Source: Camelus ferus (taxonomy: Eukaryota). Taken from it: a DNA stretch of 64,000 bases. Numbering within the stretch: the first letter of the stretch is position 1; each line of letters begins with the position of its first letter. The translations under genes were made by a program, and so were the position numbers. The stretch lies in assembly GCF_009834535.1 (NCBI RefSeq), contig NC_045697.1:41976001-42040000 (forward strand). Direction: 5' to 3'. The notes under the pieces were generated by a model, which saw only the letters and a program-made list of their open reading frames with translations, made no database searches and had not been told where the DNA came from. This document shows, piece after piece, positions 13,001 to 25,400 of the stretch.

Positions 13001-13134
13001 ATCATAGGATTTCTTTAGGGAAGTAAAAATCATTGCTAGGTCTGAGTTTTGAATCTGTATTCAGCTTGTACAACATAGTATTTTCTCAAAATTAAATATA
13101 TCTTTTTCATTTAGCTAACTTAGTAGTTGCCCAT

Positions 13135-13440
13135 TTATTCATTCAGTAATATATATCCATTCAGTAATGTAATATACTGCCTACTAAAGGCCAGGCACTG
13201 TCCTAGGTACTTTGGATAGATCAGTAAACAAAATAAAGATCTCTTTGTCCTAGCGAATTTTGCATTGAATGATGGGAGACACAATAAACAATACATAAAC
13301 AATACACTATGTCATATCCTAGAAGATGATAATGATGATGGAGGAAAAATAGAACAGAATAAGTAGAGATTAGGAGTTATTAGGAGGTGAAGAGGGTGTC
13401 AATATTAAATAGGGTGGTCAGGGTATGCCTCCTGGAAAAG
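13135..13440 (-). mobile_element. L2 3' end
   Basis: ttattcattcag ... gcctactaaaggccaggcactgtcctaggtact ... aatagggtggtcagggtatgcctc. Confidence 0.75.
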
Positions 13441-13502
13441 TAAAGTTTGTAATAAAAACTTGTCAGTTTGATTTCCTTCTGCATATCTAGAAAGCAAATT
13501 AA

Positions 13503-13842
13503 TTCTTCCAATCCAAGAGCATGGGATATCTTTCCATTTTTTAAAGTCTTCTTTAATTTCCTTCATGAATGGTTTACAGTTTTCTGTGTATAATTCTTTC
13601 ACCTCCTTGGTTAGATTTATTCCTAGGTATTTTATTATGTTGGGTACTATTTTAAAGGGGATTGTTTCTTTACTTTCTTTTTCTGTTGATTCATCGTTAG
13701 TGTAAAGAAATGCAACTGATTTTTGAACGTTAATCTTGTAACTTGCTACCTTGCTGAATTCTTCAATCAGCTCTAGTAGTTTTTGTGTGGACCTTTTAGG
13801 GTTTTCTATATATAGTAACATGTTGTTGGCATATAGTGACAC
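13503..13842 (-). pseudogene. L1 ORF2 reverse transcriptase fragment (non-functional)
   Basis: [15 protein letters not shown]...[19 protein letters not shown]...[15 protein letters not shown]...[13 protein letters not shown] is L1 ORF2; the catalytic (F/Y)ADD motif reads YANN. Confidence 0.95.
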
Positions 13843-14357
13843 TTTTACCTCTTCTTTTCCAATTTGGATCGCTTTTATTTCTCTCTCTTGCCTGACTGCT
13901 GTATATAGAAAACTCTAAAAGGTCCACAGCCACATGGATGCTCCTGGAGAATGTCATTCTAAGTGAAGTAAGCCAGAAAGAGAAAGAAAAGTACCATATG
14001 AGATCGCTCATATGTGGAATCTAAAAAAGAAAAAAACAACAAAAAAAAGACAAACAAACAAATCACAAATACTGAAAACAGAAACACTCATAGACATAGA
14101 ATACAAACTTGTGGTTGCCAAGCGGGCGGGGGGTGGGAAGGGATAGACTGGGATTTCAAAATGTAGAATAGATAAACAAGATTATACTGTATAGCACAGG
14201 GAAATATATACAAGATCTTATGGTAGCTCAGAGAGAAAGGAATGTGACAATGAATGTATATATATTCATGTATAACTGAAAAATTGTGCTCTACACTGGA
14301 ATTTGACACAACATTGTAAAATGATTATAAATCAATAAAAAATGTTAAAAAAAAAAA
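13503..14357 (+). mobile_element. Young 5'-inverted (twin-primed) L1 with 14-bp TSD
   Basis: Perfect TSD AGAAAGCAAATTAA at 13489-13502 and 14358-14371. Antisense ORF2 RT segment 13503-~13901; sense ORF2 end, 3'UTR, AATAAA and poly(A) at 13929-14357. Confidence 0.95.
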
Positions 14358-14518
14358 AGAAAGCAAATTAAGAAGAAAGTACCCAGAATGAGATGGCATA
14401 TCCTGCCCTAGTCTGTGATCCAAACATCACTCCATACCAACCGAAGGGTCAGTTAGAAAGGAAGAAAGCAAAGAACCAATGGGTGGGAATGGGGGTAGAC
14501 AAACAAAAAATATCCACT

Positions 14519-14799
14519 TGTTATGGATTGGATATTTGTGCCCCATCAATTCATCCTTGGAGCTCTGAGCCCCAGTGGGAAAGTATTTGGAGATGAGGAT
14601 TTTGAGAGATAATTAAGTCATGAGGGTGGGACCCTGGTCAAAGGGAATTAGTGTAGGCAGAGATATCACACCAGAACCTGTCCATGCTGGCATCCTGATC
14701 TCAGACTTCCAGCCTCCAGAGCTGTGAGAAAATAAATGTCTGTTGTTTAAGCCACTTGGTAGTTGATATTTTGCTATGGCAGCCTGAGCAGACTAAGAC
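14519..14799 (+). mobile_element. MLT1A-like MaLR LTR (internally deleted)
   Basis: tgttatggattggatatttgtgcccc start; cagacttccagcctccagagctgtgagaaaataaatgtctgttgtttaagcca ... gcagactaagac end. Confidence 0.85.
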
Positions 14800-17700
14800 C
14801 TATCTACAGTGTTGAGTGTTGAAACTTTAAAACTGTAAACCTGTCGTGTTAACTGCTGAAACTTGGAAACTGTGAGTCTATGAAACCAGGAAGGCTATTA
14901 CATAGAGACGTGTCATGTTCCAGTACAATTTATACCATGTCACAAATATTGAGACATTCAACATTCAATTAATCTCACAAAATCTTAATTTTCCCTCTGA
15001 CAAATTTCTGGAACCTGCCTACTTTTCTGTCTTCTACAGATATGCCCCGGAGTAGCTCCTACATGGTCTCCCAGCTGCCCTTCCTGCCTCCTCAGGCAGC
15101 CACAGTCACAGAAATTCTACTAACCCTCTACGCGTCCATCAGTTCATCAAATGATTAAATATGAAGATTCTCTAGTCAGAATCCTAGTTCCAAACTGACA
15201 AACATTCTGAAACTTCTGTATACCCGAAATAATTGAGTATTATTTAAAACTGTCACAATGGGCAGAACCATAACAAAGTTTTAGTGAGCACTTGGTTATG
15301 TAGACACTGTCGGCTGGCTTCCCTTCCCACTTTTCTGTCCCTCACCCACATTCCCCTCAGACACCCACCTCTTGCTTAATCATGCTTTGTAAATAATATA
15401 CACGTGACTAGGAAAATACATTAAGATCAACACATTAAAAATAAAACAAGAAAAGGACCTGGTATTTCTATCAAGTTTTGTAGATTTTTCAAGTTGGGCT
15501 CTCCCAACTTTAATTTTAATTTCTCTCCAACATCTACTCTGGCATCTGGTCAAGGCAACCTTCCTCTTCCTGCTTGCCTCCACCTCCACAACCCCACGCA
15601 GAGCATTTTCACATCTACCTCCTGTGCTTTACTCACGCCCTTCCCTCAACCTGGGATGCCCTTCCTAGTCTATTGTCAACATTTGACCCAATCTTAAAGC
15701 CCAAATGCTATCTTTTTCACCATTCCCTTCCTCAGAAACTAAGTCCAGTTGACTTCCATTTTACCTAATTTATTAATCTCTCTTCTAGAACATATTAGCA
15801 TACTTATATTACCCTATCTGCTATCTATTATACAATGAGCTTATTGCCATAGCAGTGTGTTATGTTTTCTAAGTAATGTTCCCTGGTGTCTCTCTTTTTC
15901 TTTTTTTCTGCACATACCTAGATATTTAAAGTCCTTAAGTACAGAAGCAGGGTGACATTATACTTCACAACTTCTTTAAAGTGTAGCCCAATGCTAAGGA
16001 CAAAGCAGTTCTTGCTATGTAATAATAAATGAATGTTCGTTAATAGCACAAATACATGACGACTGATTAATTGAGTTGGAAAACAGCATAAAACTATAAG
16101 ACACTTTCCTCACTAGCTGATCTCAGTTTATCTTCCAATGATCTTCCATCGCTTAACATGGACATTTCTTATGCTTTCATCTGTAGCATATTCATTATCC
16201 ACTGAAATTATCATCCTAGACTACATCCACACTGCACTCCAAATACAACCTACTAGGAAAATTCTTCTGTCATTACTCATTCCTTTCACTGTTTCTTTTT
16301 CCATTGGCAGGACAGGGAGGTCCTCAACAACCTGGTAAATACTTTGCTTGCCTCATCGTTTCTGCCCAGTGTCCTTTTATGTAAGTCAACAAGGGACTCA
16401 GGCAACTCCCACTTCTGCTCAGCTGACAGCAGCCCCTCCCCTAGCCATGAGGATGACTGGGTGGGTACTTTTACTCACAGTGAACACAATCCAGTTGTGA
16501 GTTCAGCTGAAAGAATTTGCTGGAGAAATAGAGTGCTTGCACATGTGATGTCAGTGAACCCTTTCCAACAAACTAAACAGTCATTTAATGCAAAATTTAA
16601 AAATGTATAAATAGATACCTAACTTAAAATAACACAGAACCATTACAGACATTAAAAGTGGAGATGGAAATGTGTTTGCAAAGGAAAGGAAACAAACCTT
16701 GATTCTGAAATTATTCAGATAAGTCATTCAGCTTACTGGGTTCTAAACAGGGTTGATATTTCTTGAATATACATCCACGTTTTCCTTATCTGAGTGCTAA
16801 AAATATTGTGTAAATGTACTTCTTACCACTGTGTATCAATCTGAATGCTAGATGCTAGTAAAAGCTGATGATGGAGCAGAAAAAAAATGAATATATTCAA
16901 TTTGTATTCTCTTTGAGGAACTTTAAAATAAGGAGTTTTAGCACTCATGCTCAATAAAAACAAAAAGCTATTGGGCCCCAAATGAGACCCATCACTCTCA
17001 ACTTAATTTACATATTCTGAAAAATTACAATCATCCTAATAGCGGGCAATATTAGCCTTTATCCAACATGCCACATCACCTTTATCTGTGTATGACAAAG
17101 CCTAGATGAAAAGGAATTCATTTTCATCTGGTTGCCCCAAACTATTTGTAGCTTTGTCAATATATTTTCTTCAGGAAGATAAATTCAACTTATACTCTTT
17201 CAGTATAATTTCTCTACAGAGCTGTATTTGCTGTTGAGTACCACATGTGTCAGGGATGGGAGGTAGGGACTAGCAAACATTGTGTAATATATTATACCAA
17301 TTTATTTTCTCCCTTTCAAATAAAGCTGATTAAGAGGAAATTAACTAGATTTACTCTAATGGATATTAACTAATATCTGTTAATTTGAAGACATTCATCT
17401 CTAGTTTATTTGACTTACTGCTACCATAGACCATCAAATGACTTAGGTGTGATTTACATCACTTCAGAATTTTAACATATTAATTTCAACATTTCAGGGT
17501 CAGCGATAATCAAATAGACCACAAATCCTTCACCAGTAACCACACTTGCTATGACATTGGGGGTTTTAGCACAAAATAGACAGTCGCCAGTTTATAAAGA
17601 GATATTTCAGGAAAGAATTTGATTTTTTTCCATCTATGGTACGATTGGGTGTTCTGATCATGCTAAGGTAAGTTTCAGTTTTTAACCTCTTTCAAGTGGA

Positions 17701-19489
17701 TAAATGAACAAGAAGTAGCTAATCCCTCCCCATGCCCGTGTTATGGACTACCATCTTAGGTGAAGACAAGTCCTGTCTTTATTATGCGTCCTTCATGGTC
17801 TAAGAGAATATGATCCACAGCCTTTTGAGGGTAGCAGAGAACTAGCACAGTCTTGTGTCAGCATCATTTAATTTTTTTTTGTAGGGACAGATGAATGCAA
17901 GAACCCAAACATTGTTTTGCTTTTCTATTCACAGTGGGAAGTACCAAACAAGTCAAACAACGCACATATAATATTAAGAGCTTATGGTAGAGATGACGTC
18001 TGGGGGCTTAGATTCTTCTGCTAAAATCCCAAGCAAGAATCTGTAGGTTTGGCTTAAAATACACCTTGGGGTATTAGGCATATCATTTTACCTTCACATT
18101 AATTGTTGTTTTCCTAACTGAGCTAAACATTGGCTTTGCATTTGGTTACTTACTTCTTAACACCTTTTTAATACCTTGTATAAAACCTGACCACTCGGTA
18201 TGATGCGTGGGGCTAATTCATTCCTTGAGGAGATTTATTTAAGACAAGGATCATAACTGAGTAACAATACTGAGATGAAGATGCATGTATATAATTAGGA
18301 AAGGAAAGAAAATTCTCTAATATTTGCATATACTTGACTCACACATTCTTTCTTTGTAGCCTGAAAGCAAAAGCTAAACTGAAAAAAAGCATAGTTATGT
18401 ATATGTAAGTGTATTTGTGCATGTGTGTATTTATTATGTAAAACACACAGAATGAGAGTGGGAGAAAGAGAAAGGCAGAGACAGATACAGTTCTTTAAAG
18501 CCAAGAAGCCTTTTTTACCATGTATCCAAACAGTACAAACATTTTCTAGTCCTTCATAAATTACAAAAATCAATACCAGTAGTACTATAATCTTCAATTA
18601 CAACACAAGTACTTTCACTCAAAAAGCAGTTGTACTGCTGTAAGCATCTGGCACACTATTGGTGAAAAAGACAGATAGAACTCCTGTTCCACTGGAGTTT
18701 GTTTGGCTGTTGATAGAGTTGATGGGGTTCAGACATGTGCTAGTGACAGTCTGACTCCAGGTCCCCTGTTCTTCTGGCACTACCAAGTAAATCTCTAAGT
18801 CCCTCCTGCATTAATATCTAATGATTCTCTCCTGTCTGAGCAATCCTGTGGTTTCCCAGAACTTGAAGAAAAGCAAAAGCTAAATGAACAAATAAACCAA
18901 GTACTGGATCAAGCTGTTTCCCAAACTGTCACTTCTTTGCAAAATTTGAAAACTTCTTTGTATTGATTTCTGCTTAAAATTATTTTTTTTAATTTAAATT
19001 ATCAATCAATCCATCTGTCCATCTATCACCTATCTAGTTAGAATTTGGGAAATTTTTCTAGAAGTTGATAAATGTATAGTCCTTTCCCCTAGTTCCATCT
19101 CCATACTGACAAGGGGCAACACTTGGTAAGGAAGCAAAAGGTTGATGGAAAAACTTCGAAGTTAGGCAACGGCTCTTTCAATTGCTTTCTAGTAAACAAA
19201 TCTCTCTGGGGAGCTTTCACTAGAAGTCACATCTATACAGGCAGTCACCAGGAGATAAACTTTCTTGGTAAACACCTCTTCGTCATGACTTGCCTTGGAA
19301 AAATACAAGTAAAGTTCCTAAGTTTGTGTACATCTGTTGCCTCAAAGAGGTTTGATAACAGAGCATATTCAGTTCACACAATGAATTTAGTAAGTGTTTA
19401 GATTATAATCTAAGAGTGCCTTTTTCTCTAATAAATATTTGCTCCATTTCCTTTATTCTTTACTACTCATTATTATTCCTTATATCATC

Positions 19490-20950
19490 ATCTGGCATAA
19501 TAAATATGGGTACAATTCTTTGGCACTCTTCCTATCAAGAGATCAAGTGTTTGGCCTTTTCCTTAAAGACATGTGAGCTCTATGACTGCTTCGAATCTGT
19601 GAGCAGAATGTCTATTGGGACGCTCTCTGGGAGACCTGATCCTCTACAAAAACCTACCAGCTGTCCTGAGACAACTATGTTAGAGAGCTCACACGTAGGT
19701 GCTCCACTCAACAGCCATGACTGAGCCCAGCTGTCCCCATCTAGGTGCCAGACATACGGGTGAAGCCTGCTGGAATCCTCCAGACCAGCCCTTGTACCAG
19801 TGAATACCACGGAGTGACTTTGGTTGATATCAATGGGAGCAAAAACACAAACAAAAAAAACTGTTCAGCCAAACTGCCCAAATTTCTGAAATCATGAGAT
19901 ATAGTAAAGTAGTTGTTGTCTTAAGCCTCTGAATTTCTGAGTTTGCTATGCAATGATCCATAACAGAAACATAAAATGGTACCTGGAGTTCAGCTGCTAT
20001 TGTAACAAAAACCTAAACTATGCAGCACTGACTTTGGGGCCAGGAAATAGGCAGACGCCAGAGGGCTTTAAAGAGGCTTCTGTGGAGGGGCTGGGGCGTA
20101 CAAGACAGTGCGGAAATTGGAGGCTGGAGAAAAGATAATCCTAGTTACTCAGCAGCAACATTGTACTATTGATGAGGCGTGAAAAATATACCTAACGGAA
20201 CTGGTGGATTTTACTAAAGTTTTCAGGCAGAACATTGAAAGTGCCAACTGTTTTCTTTTATCTGCATATGATAATATATGGATAGAAAAAGATAAGCTAA
20301 AAAAACTGCTATAAAGACTTTAGAGAAAATAAAAAGTTAAGGCAAGACTTTCTGGGTCTAATAATAAAACTGCTTTTATAATCCCCAGTTTCTCTAGGCA
20401 ACAAAAGACCACAAAATAAGAAATAGCTTCAGGGCAAATAGATCCGGAACACCACCAGTCAAGTGATAAGCAACTCAAAAGTGTGTTTGTAAGACCCTTT
20501 GTTGAGACCTCGGAAAACTTCAATAGGGTATCTCGTAAATCTTCAGAGAATCTTAGGGTATGACTCTCAGACCCTTTTTATCAAGTTAAGAGGGGCTCCA
20601 AGAATCTTAAGGATTTGTCTTGAACACTATCACCTAGACAAAAAGTCTCCTAGAAGCTTAGGGCATTGTCCCTCGGCACTCCGACTCTCAACCCAAGGGA
20701 CAGAAGGGCCCAGGTCAGCAAGAAATGTGGGTGTAGCTTTTGTTTAAGAAAACAGATCATAATATGGTACACTGGAGGCCCACAAAGTTTTAAAAGAAAC
20801 TATATCAGCTTGGACAGACAGGGATAAGCTACAGTACAAAATGAAATGAGGCCTGTGGCTCTCAACATTCTACAGCACAGGAAGGCCATTTCGAGGAGCA
20901 CAGACCATTTCTCATGTCAAAGAATGAATGACTTCAGGGAGCAGAGATAT
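19490..20950 (+). mobile_element. MLT1G-like LTR followed by MaLR internal sequence
   Basis: LTR ending ...ataacagaaaca at ~19970, directly followed by the MaLR-int start (tggtacctggag...gctattgtaacaaaaacctaaa). Confidence 0.75.
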
Positions 20951-21019
20951 ATAGATATGATACATGGGATCTGTTCTTGGGATTTAATTAAAATTTTTTA
21001 AAAATTAAAATGTTTTATC

Positions 21020-21780
21020 ACTACTCATCAGGGAAATCTAAATCAAAACCATAATGAGCTGTACCTCATACCTGTTAGGATAGCCATTATTAAAAAACAA
21101 AGACAAATAAAAACAAGTTTGAGGAAGTGAAGAAACTGGAAACTTTGTGCTCTTGCACTGTTGGTAGGAATGGAAAACAGAATAGTCACTATGGAAAACA
21201 GTACAGAGGTTTCTCAAAAATTAAAAAAAGAACTACCATGTGATCCAATCCCAATTCTGGGTATTTATTCAAAAGAATTGAAAACAGAATCTCCATGAGA
21301 TATTTATACTCCCATGTTTATTGTAAATGGATAAAGAAAATGTGCTATATATATATACATATATATATATGTGTGTGTATGTGTATATATATATATGTAC
21401 AATGGAATGTAAATCAGCCTTAGAAAAGGAAATCTTGTCATATGCTTCAACATGAATGAACCTTGAGGACATGATGGTTAGTGAAATAAGCCAGTCACAG
21501 AAGGACAAATACTGCATGATTCCACTTACATGAGGTATCTAAGTAGTCAAGCTCATAGAAGCAGAAAGTAGAATGGTAGCTGCCAGGGCTGACGAGAAGG
21601 GGAATTGAGGGTGCTGTTTGATGGGTATAGTGTTTCAGTTTTGCCAGGTGAGAAAATTCTGGAGATCTAGTGTACAACATTGTGCACATGGTTAACAATA
21701 TTTGCACTGTACACTTCAAAATTTGTGGAGAATAGATCTCATGTTATTTGTTTTTATCACAATAAAACGTATTTAAAAAG
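21020..21780 (+). mobile_element. L1MA/L1MB-like 3' end with internal (TA)n(TG)n tract
   Basis: caaaaccataatgag...cctcatacctgttaggatagcc, aaccttgaggacatgatggttagtgaaataagccagtcacagaaggacaaatactgcatgattccactt; AATAAA at ~21761. Confidence 0.9.
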
Positions 21781-22217
21781 TAATATGCTTGAATATTACA
21801 AAGTGTGACAACTTCAAAATATTTTGTAATAATCCAGGACACCTATTCTAACAGAAGTCATGTTTTAATAAAAACTTAGCTCAAATTTATTTTTTTAGTG
21901 AGTAGATAAGTTAAGAGTTAAATGAGCAATCAAACAATTGAAAGATCATGGTCTAGGTCTTTGTATAGGTCCATCTATAAAATGAGGTTTTTTGAGAGCT
22001 TTTTTTTTTAACCTTCATGGACAGGGATAGGATTTCATCATTTCACACCACTGCAATGCGTGGGGGATTTATGTAAGCATGTGCTGACAGATGGGAAGTT
22101 TTCTTACGGAAATAATACAGATCCCCTCCCCTGTCATCCTCCCCAAAATACCCCAAGTTATATCTATAAGAACTCCACTTTTTATTATCAAGACTCATTG
22201 CTTCCTATGTACCCCAA

Positions 22218-22290
22218 TCTCTGTCTCTGTCTCTCTCTCTGCCCTCCACACACACACAAATAAACACACACACACACACACACACACACA
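22218..22290. repeat. (CT)n/(CA)n microsatellite
   Basis: Visible directly in the sequence. Confidence 0.95.
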
Positions 22291-23299
22291 ACTAACTGAG
22301 GGATGTGAGAATTAGTAATGAAGTCAGGGGACGTGAGGGGTAGAGGACTTGGCTCATCCAAGCTCTGAACCCTAACTTTGGGTCAGTATAGGTACAGAAG
22401 CCTAGGATATCCCTCATTTCTTGGAATGTAACAGGCAGAGAAGAGAGATTTCTGGCAATGGGAAATTCATGAGCAAATACATATTACCTGTCTTTAAAGT
22501 GCTAAATATATCAGATAAGCCTGAGATCCACTGGCTACACTGGTGAGAAACAGGAGTGCTACTGCTCCTTGAAGGAGTAGGTTATCTCTATCCTGGCTCT
22601 TTTGCCTAAAGTCCAACACTGTTAAGGTAATCATTGCAGTTTTCGTGGTGCCTGATTCTTAATGTCTATCAAGAGGAGGTAAATGTGTTATGCAAACAAG
22701 ATTCAAAGAACACATAAAGTGGCAGGAATATTTTTCTCTTGATTTTTCAACTCTACCCTGAACTTTGGCAATCCTTGAAGGCAACTTCTTGAGTTCTGTT
22801 TCTGGAGGCTAAAATGATGATTCTGCATTTGCATAGCACCTCCTGCATTTCTCTTCTGGCTGGTTCCCCAAACATTGCAGTTTTGTCTGCTTTGTGGCCA
22901 TGTGAGAAGATCACAGGAGCTGAAAGAGTCAGGATGCTGCCTTTGATTTCCCTCAGTTTATTCTATAGGGTTCACAGGATGGAACCCCATTGCCCCTGCT
23001 TTGTGAAAATGCGTAAGTCTGAGGCAATACAAACCATTCTCATTCAAGTAAGATCCTAAAGCTTTCTGGTAATACAGTGAATTAGCATACTATTTTCAAA
23101 TTAGAGCACTCTGTTGCTTTAACTGCAAAGTCATACAATACAAGTAGTCAGGAATATTTGTCTATCTGTGGCTAAGTTACATTTCTATACATTTTTCTTT
23201 TTAATGTAGTGACTGACAGTGGACCACTGGTACTGAAACTCAGAGGACACTGTCCAATTCAGCTTTGTGAATGCTTCCTGAAATAGATCCTCTTTTAGG

Positions 23300-23550
23300 G
23301 CAGAGTGGAATATTGTGGTTAAGAACCCAGACTTGAATCAAACAGACTGGTGTGAATTTGGTTCTATAATAGTTTTCGACCCTGGGCAAGTCTCTTAACT
23401 TAGCCCTAGCTTCTCATCTATAAAATGCAAATCACAGTGGCAACCACATTCTAGGGGTATTTTAAGGATTTAAATATATACTCCATGTAAATCATCTTGA
23501 ACAGCACACAACACATAGTAAGTGCTCAATTAATCTTAGCTACAGTATTT
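23300..23550 (+). mobile_element. MIR SINE (near full length)
   Basis: gtggttaagaacccagac ... ccctgggcaagtctcttaac ... acacatagtaagtgctcaat. Confidence 0.85.
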
Positions 23551-23629
23551 CATTTATTTTCCCTACACTTCTTCTACAAGAAAGCATTTTGTTATTAAAT
23601 TGAAAGCACCATTAAGATAAAGGCATGGA

Positions 23630-23721
23630 AAACAAATACATGTATATATATGTACGAAGGAGACATTATGCTATACACCAGAAATTGACACATTATAATT
23701 GACTGTACTTCAATTAAAACA
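23630..23721 (+). mobile_element. 92-bp L1 3' tail insertion with 16-bp TSD
   Basis: Perfect TSD AAGATAAAGGCATGGA at 23614-23629 and 23722-23737. The body resembles the L1 terminus at ~14240-14340. Confidence 0.9.
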
Positions 23722-25279
23722 AAGATAAAGGCATGGATAATGAACACATATTAACAAAGCTGATCTATAACTTCTCTCCAACTTGGACAGTTCAATTTCC
23801 TCTATGAAGATCATGTAAGAGCTGTTACCTGTTGTTATTTTGCATATGGAATCTGAATACATAGATTTTTCTGAACACTACCTCTAAATTTCATACATAT
23901 AAATTCTTTGACTTCCTTCCTAGAAAGACTGAGCAGTCTCTGAGGTGAACTTGTGATTTCCAGATGCATTTAGAGAGCTCAAAGAAGCTATTATCTCCTA
24001 CTGACCAGCCATGTCTGACTCCAACTTTCCAAACAGGACAAAGCCCTCGGAGGGAAGTCACATGAGTTAGCAAAGGCTTCCTTGAACTTACATCATGTTT
24101 AACTGTATCAAATGCTATTCATTATGTGGTTAGGTTTGTGGTGCTTCTTGGAGGAAGGAACATGGAAAAAAAAATTACTGGCATCTGAAACAAAACCAGA
24201 ATCTCTGTTCACTGGGAACCTCAAATTAGACTTGAGTCACAGGACTGTCAGGTTGCTCATGCTGGAGTCAGCTGGGCTGGTCGGCTTCTTAGAGAACAAT
24301 ACATATATTCTTATTAAATCTTATTGCCTAATAAAAAAAATAAAGGAAAGACATTCTCATAAAGTAAGATTCGGGAAGAGTTAGGACATCATTTGAGTTC
24401 CGAGTCTTAAAATTATCATAGGAGTATTTCTACATATTTGAAGGCTCTCTGTTGAGTCTAAAGAAAAATCTATAGTAATTCTTATGTAAAAACTCCAGTA
24501 TTAAAACACACTCCTGGATACCAGGACCATCCTTTAAGCAGGCTGTGCTCTAAGAGTTCTCTCTATAGTATGCATTCGTCACTTTAGGGAACCATCAGGA
24601 AAATATTAAGAGGACGGCCCATCACTGAGATTTTTTCATGCTTGTTAGAGGGGACTCTTGGGCTTTGGGAAGCTTGTGATACTCAACATATACATCCTAA
24701 CTCATGACATATGCAGTGCTATATTCATCCAAAAAGTGGGAATTGGGGAGTTACCCATGCATGTGGGTTCAGAATATTTCCATTTTATTTCACCTCTGCC
24801 ACAGACTACCTGTGTGACTCTGGGTTGGTCACTTAGAGTCTTAATTTACTCTGAAACATGTAAAAGCAACCTTTATCTCACAAATTTGAAATACCATGCA
24901 GGTACATACTAGGAGCAGGGTATTATGTGGAAGGATGAAGACGTTACAGCCCCTATCCCCAGGAGTTCACAGTTTAGTATCATCAAAACTCGAATGAGAG
25001 AAGATACATGAAACTCCTCGGGTACATTTTTGCCTCTCGGCATTAACTGGTTTCAATTTAGCAATAACTTTCCAAATATGTAGTTTACTTTGGCAGCAGG
25101 GCATTCAATGAAATGTTGTTTATGCGCTGGGTGGTAGACAGAGCTTTTTTACTACCTTTCTGTTTCAGCTCACTGGATGCTGGGCGATGGATAGGCACGA
25201 ATGGAAAAAGGAACATCCATAGGGAGTTACATTTCAGTAATAGAGACACTTTTTAAATGTTAATAATTGTTGTTCAATA

Positions 25280-25400
25280 ATAGAAAAGGAAATTATTGGA
25301 TGTCAGTAGTTTCTTGTCAATGGGACTATTTAAACAGAGTCTAGACTGTCATCTGGTGCTCAGGTCAAGCAGGTTCATAGGACTGGAGATAACTGCGCTT
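25280..25400 (+). mobile_element. L3/CR1-like 3' fragment
   Basis: agtttcttgtcaatgggactatttaaacagagtctagactgtcatctgg ... ggactggagataact resembles the L3 3' end. Confidence 0.45.

Noticed and set aside
13405..13842. 145-aa ORF as a functional reverse transcriptase gene
   Set aside because: It is an inverted L1 ORF2 fragment with YADD mutated to YANN; the last ~30 residues read into flanking DNA.
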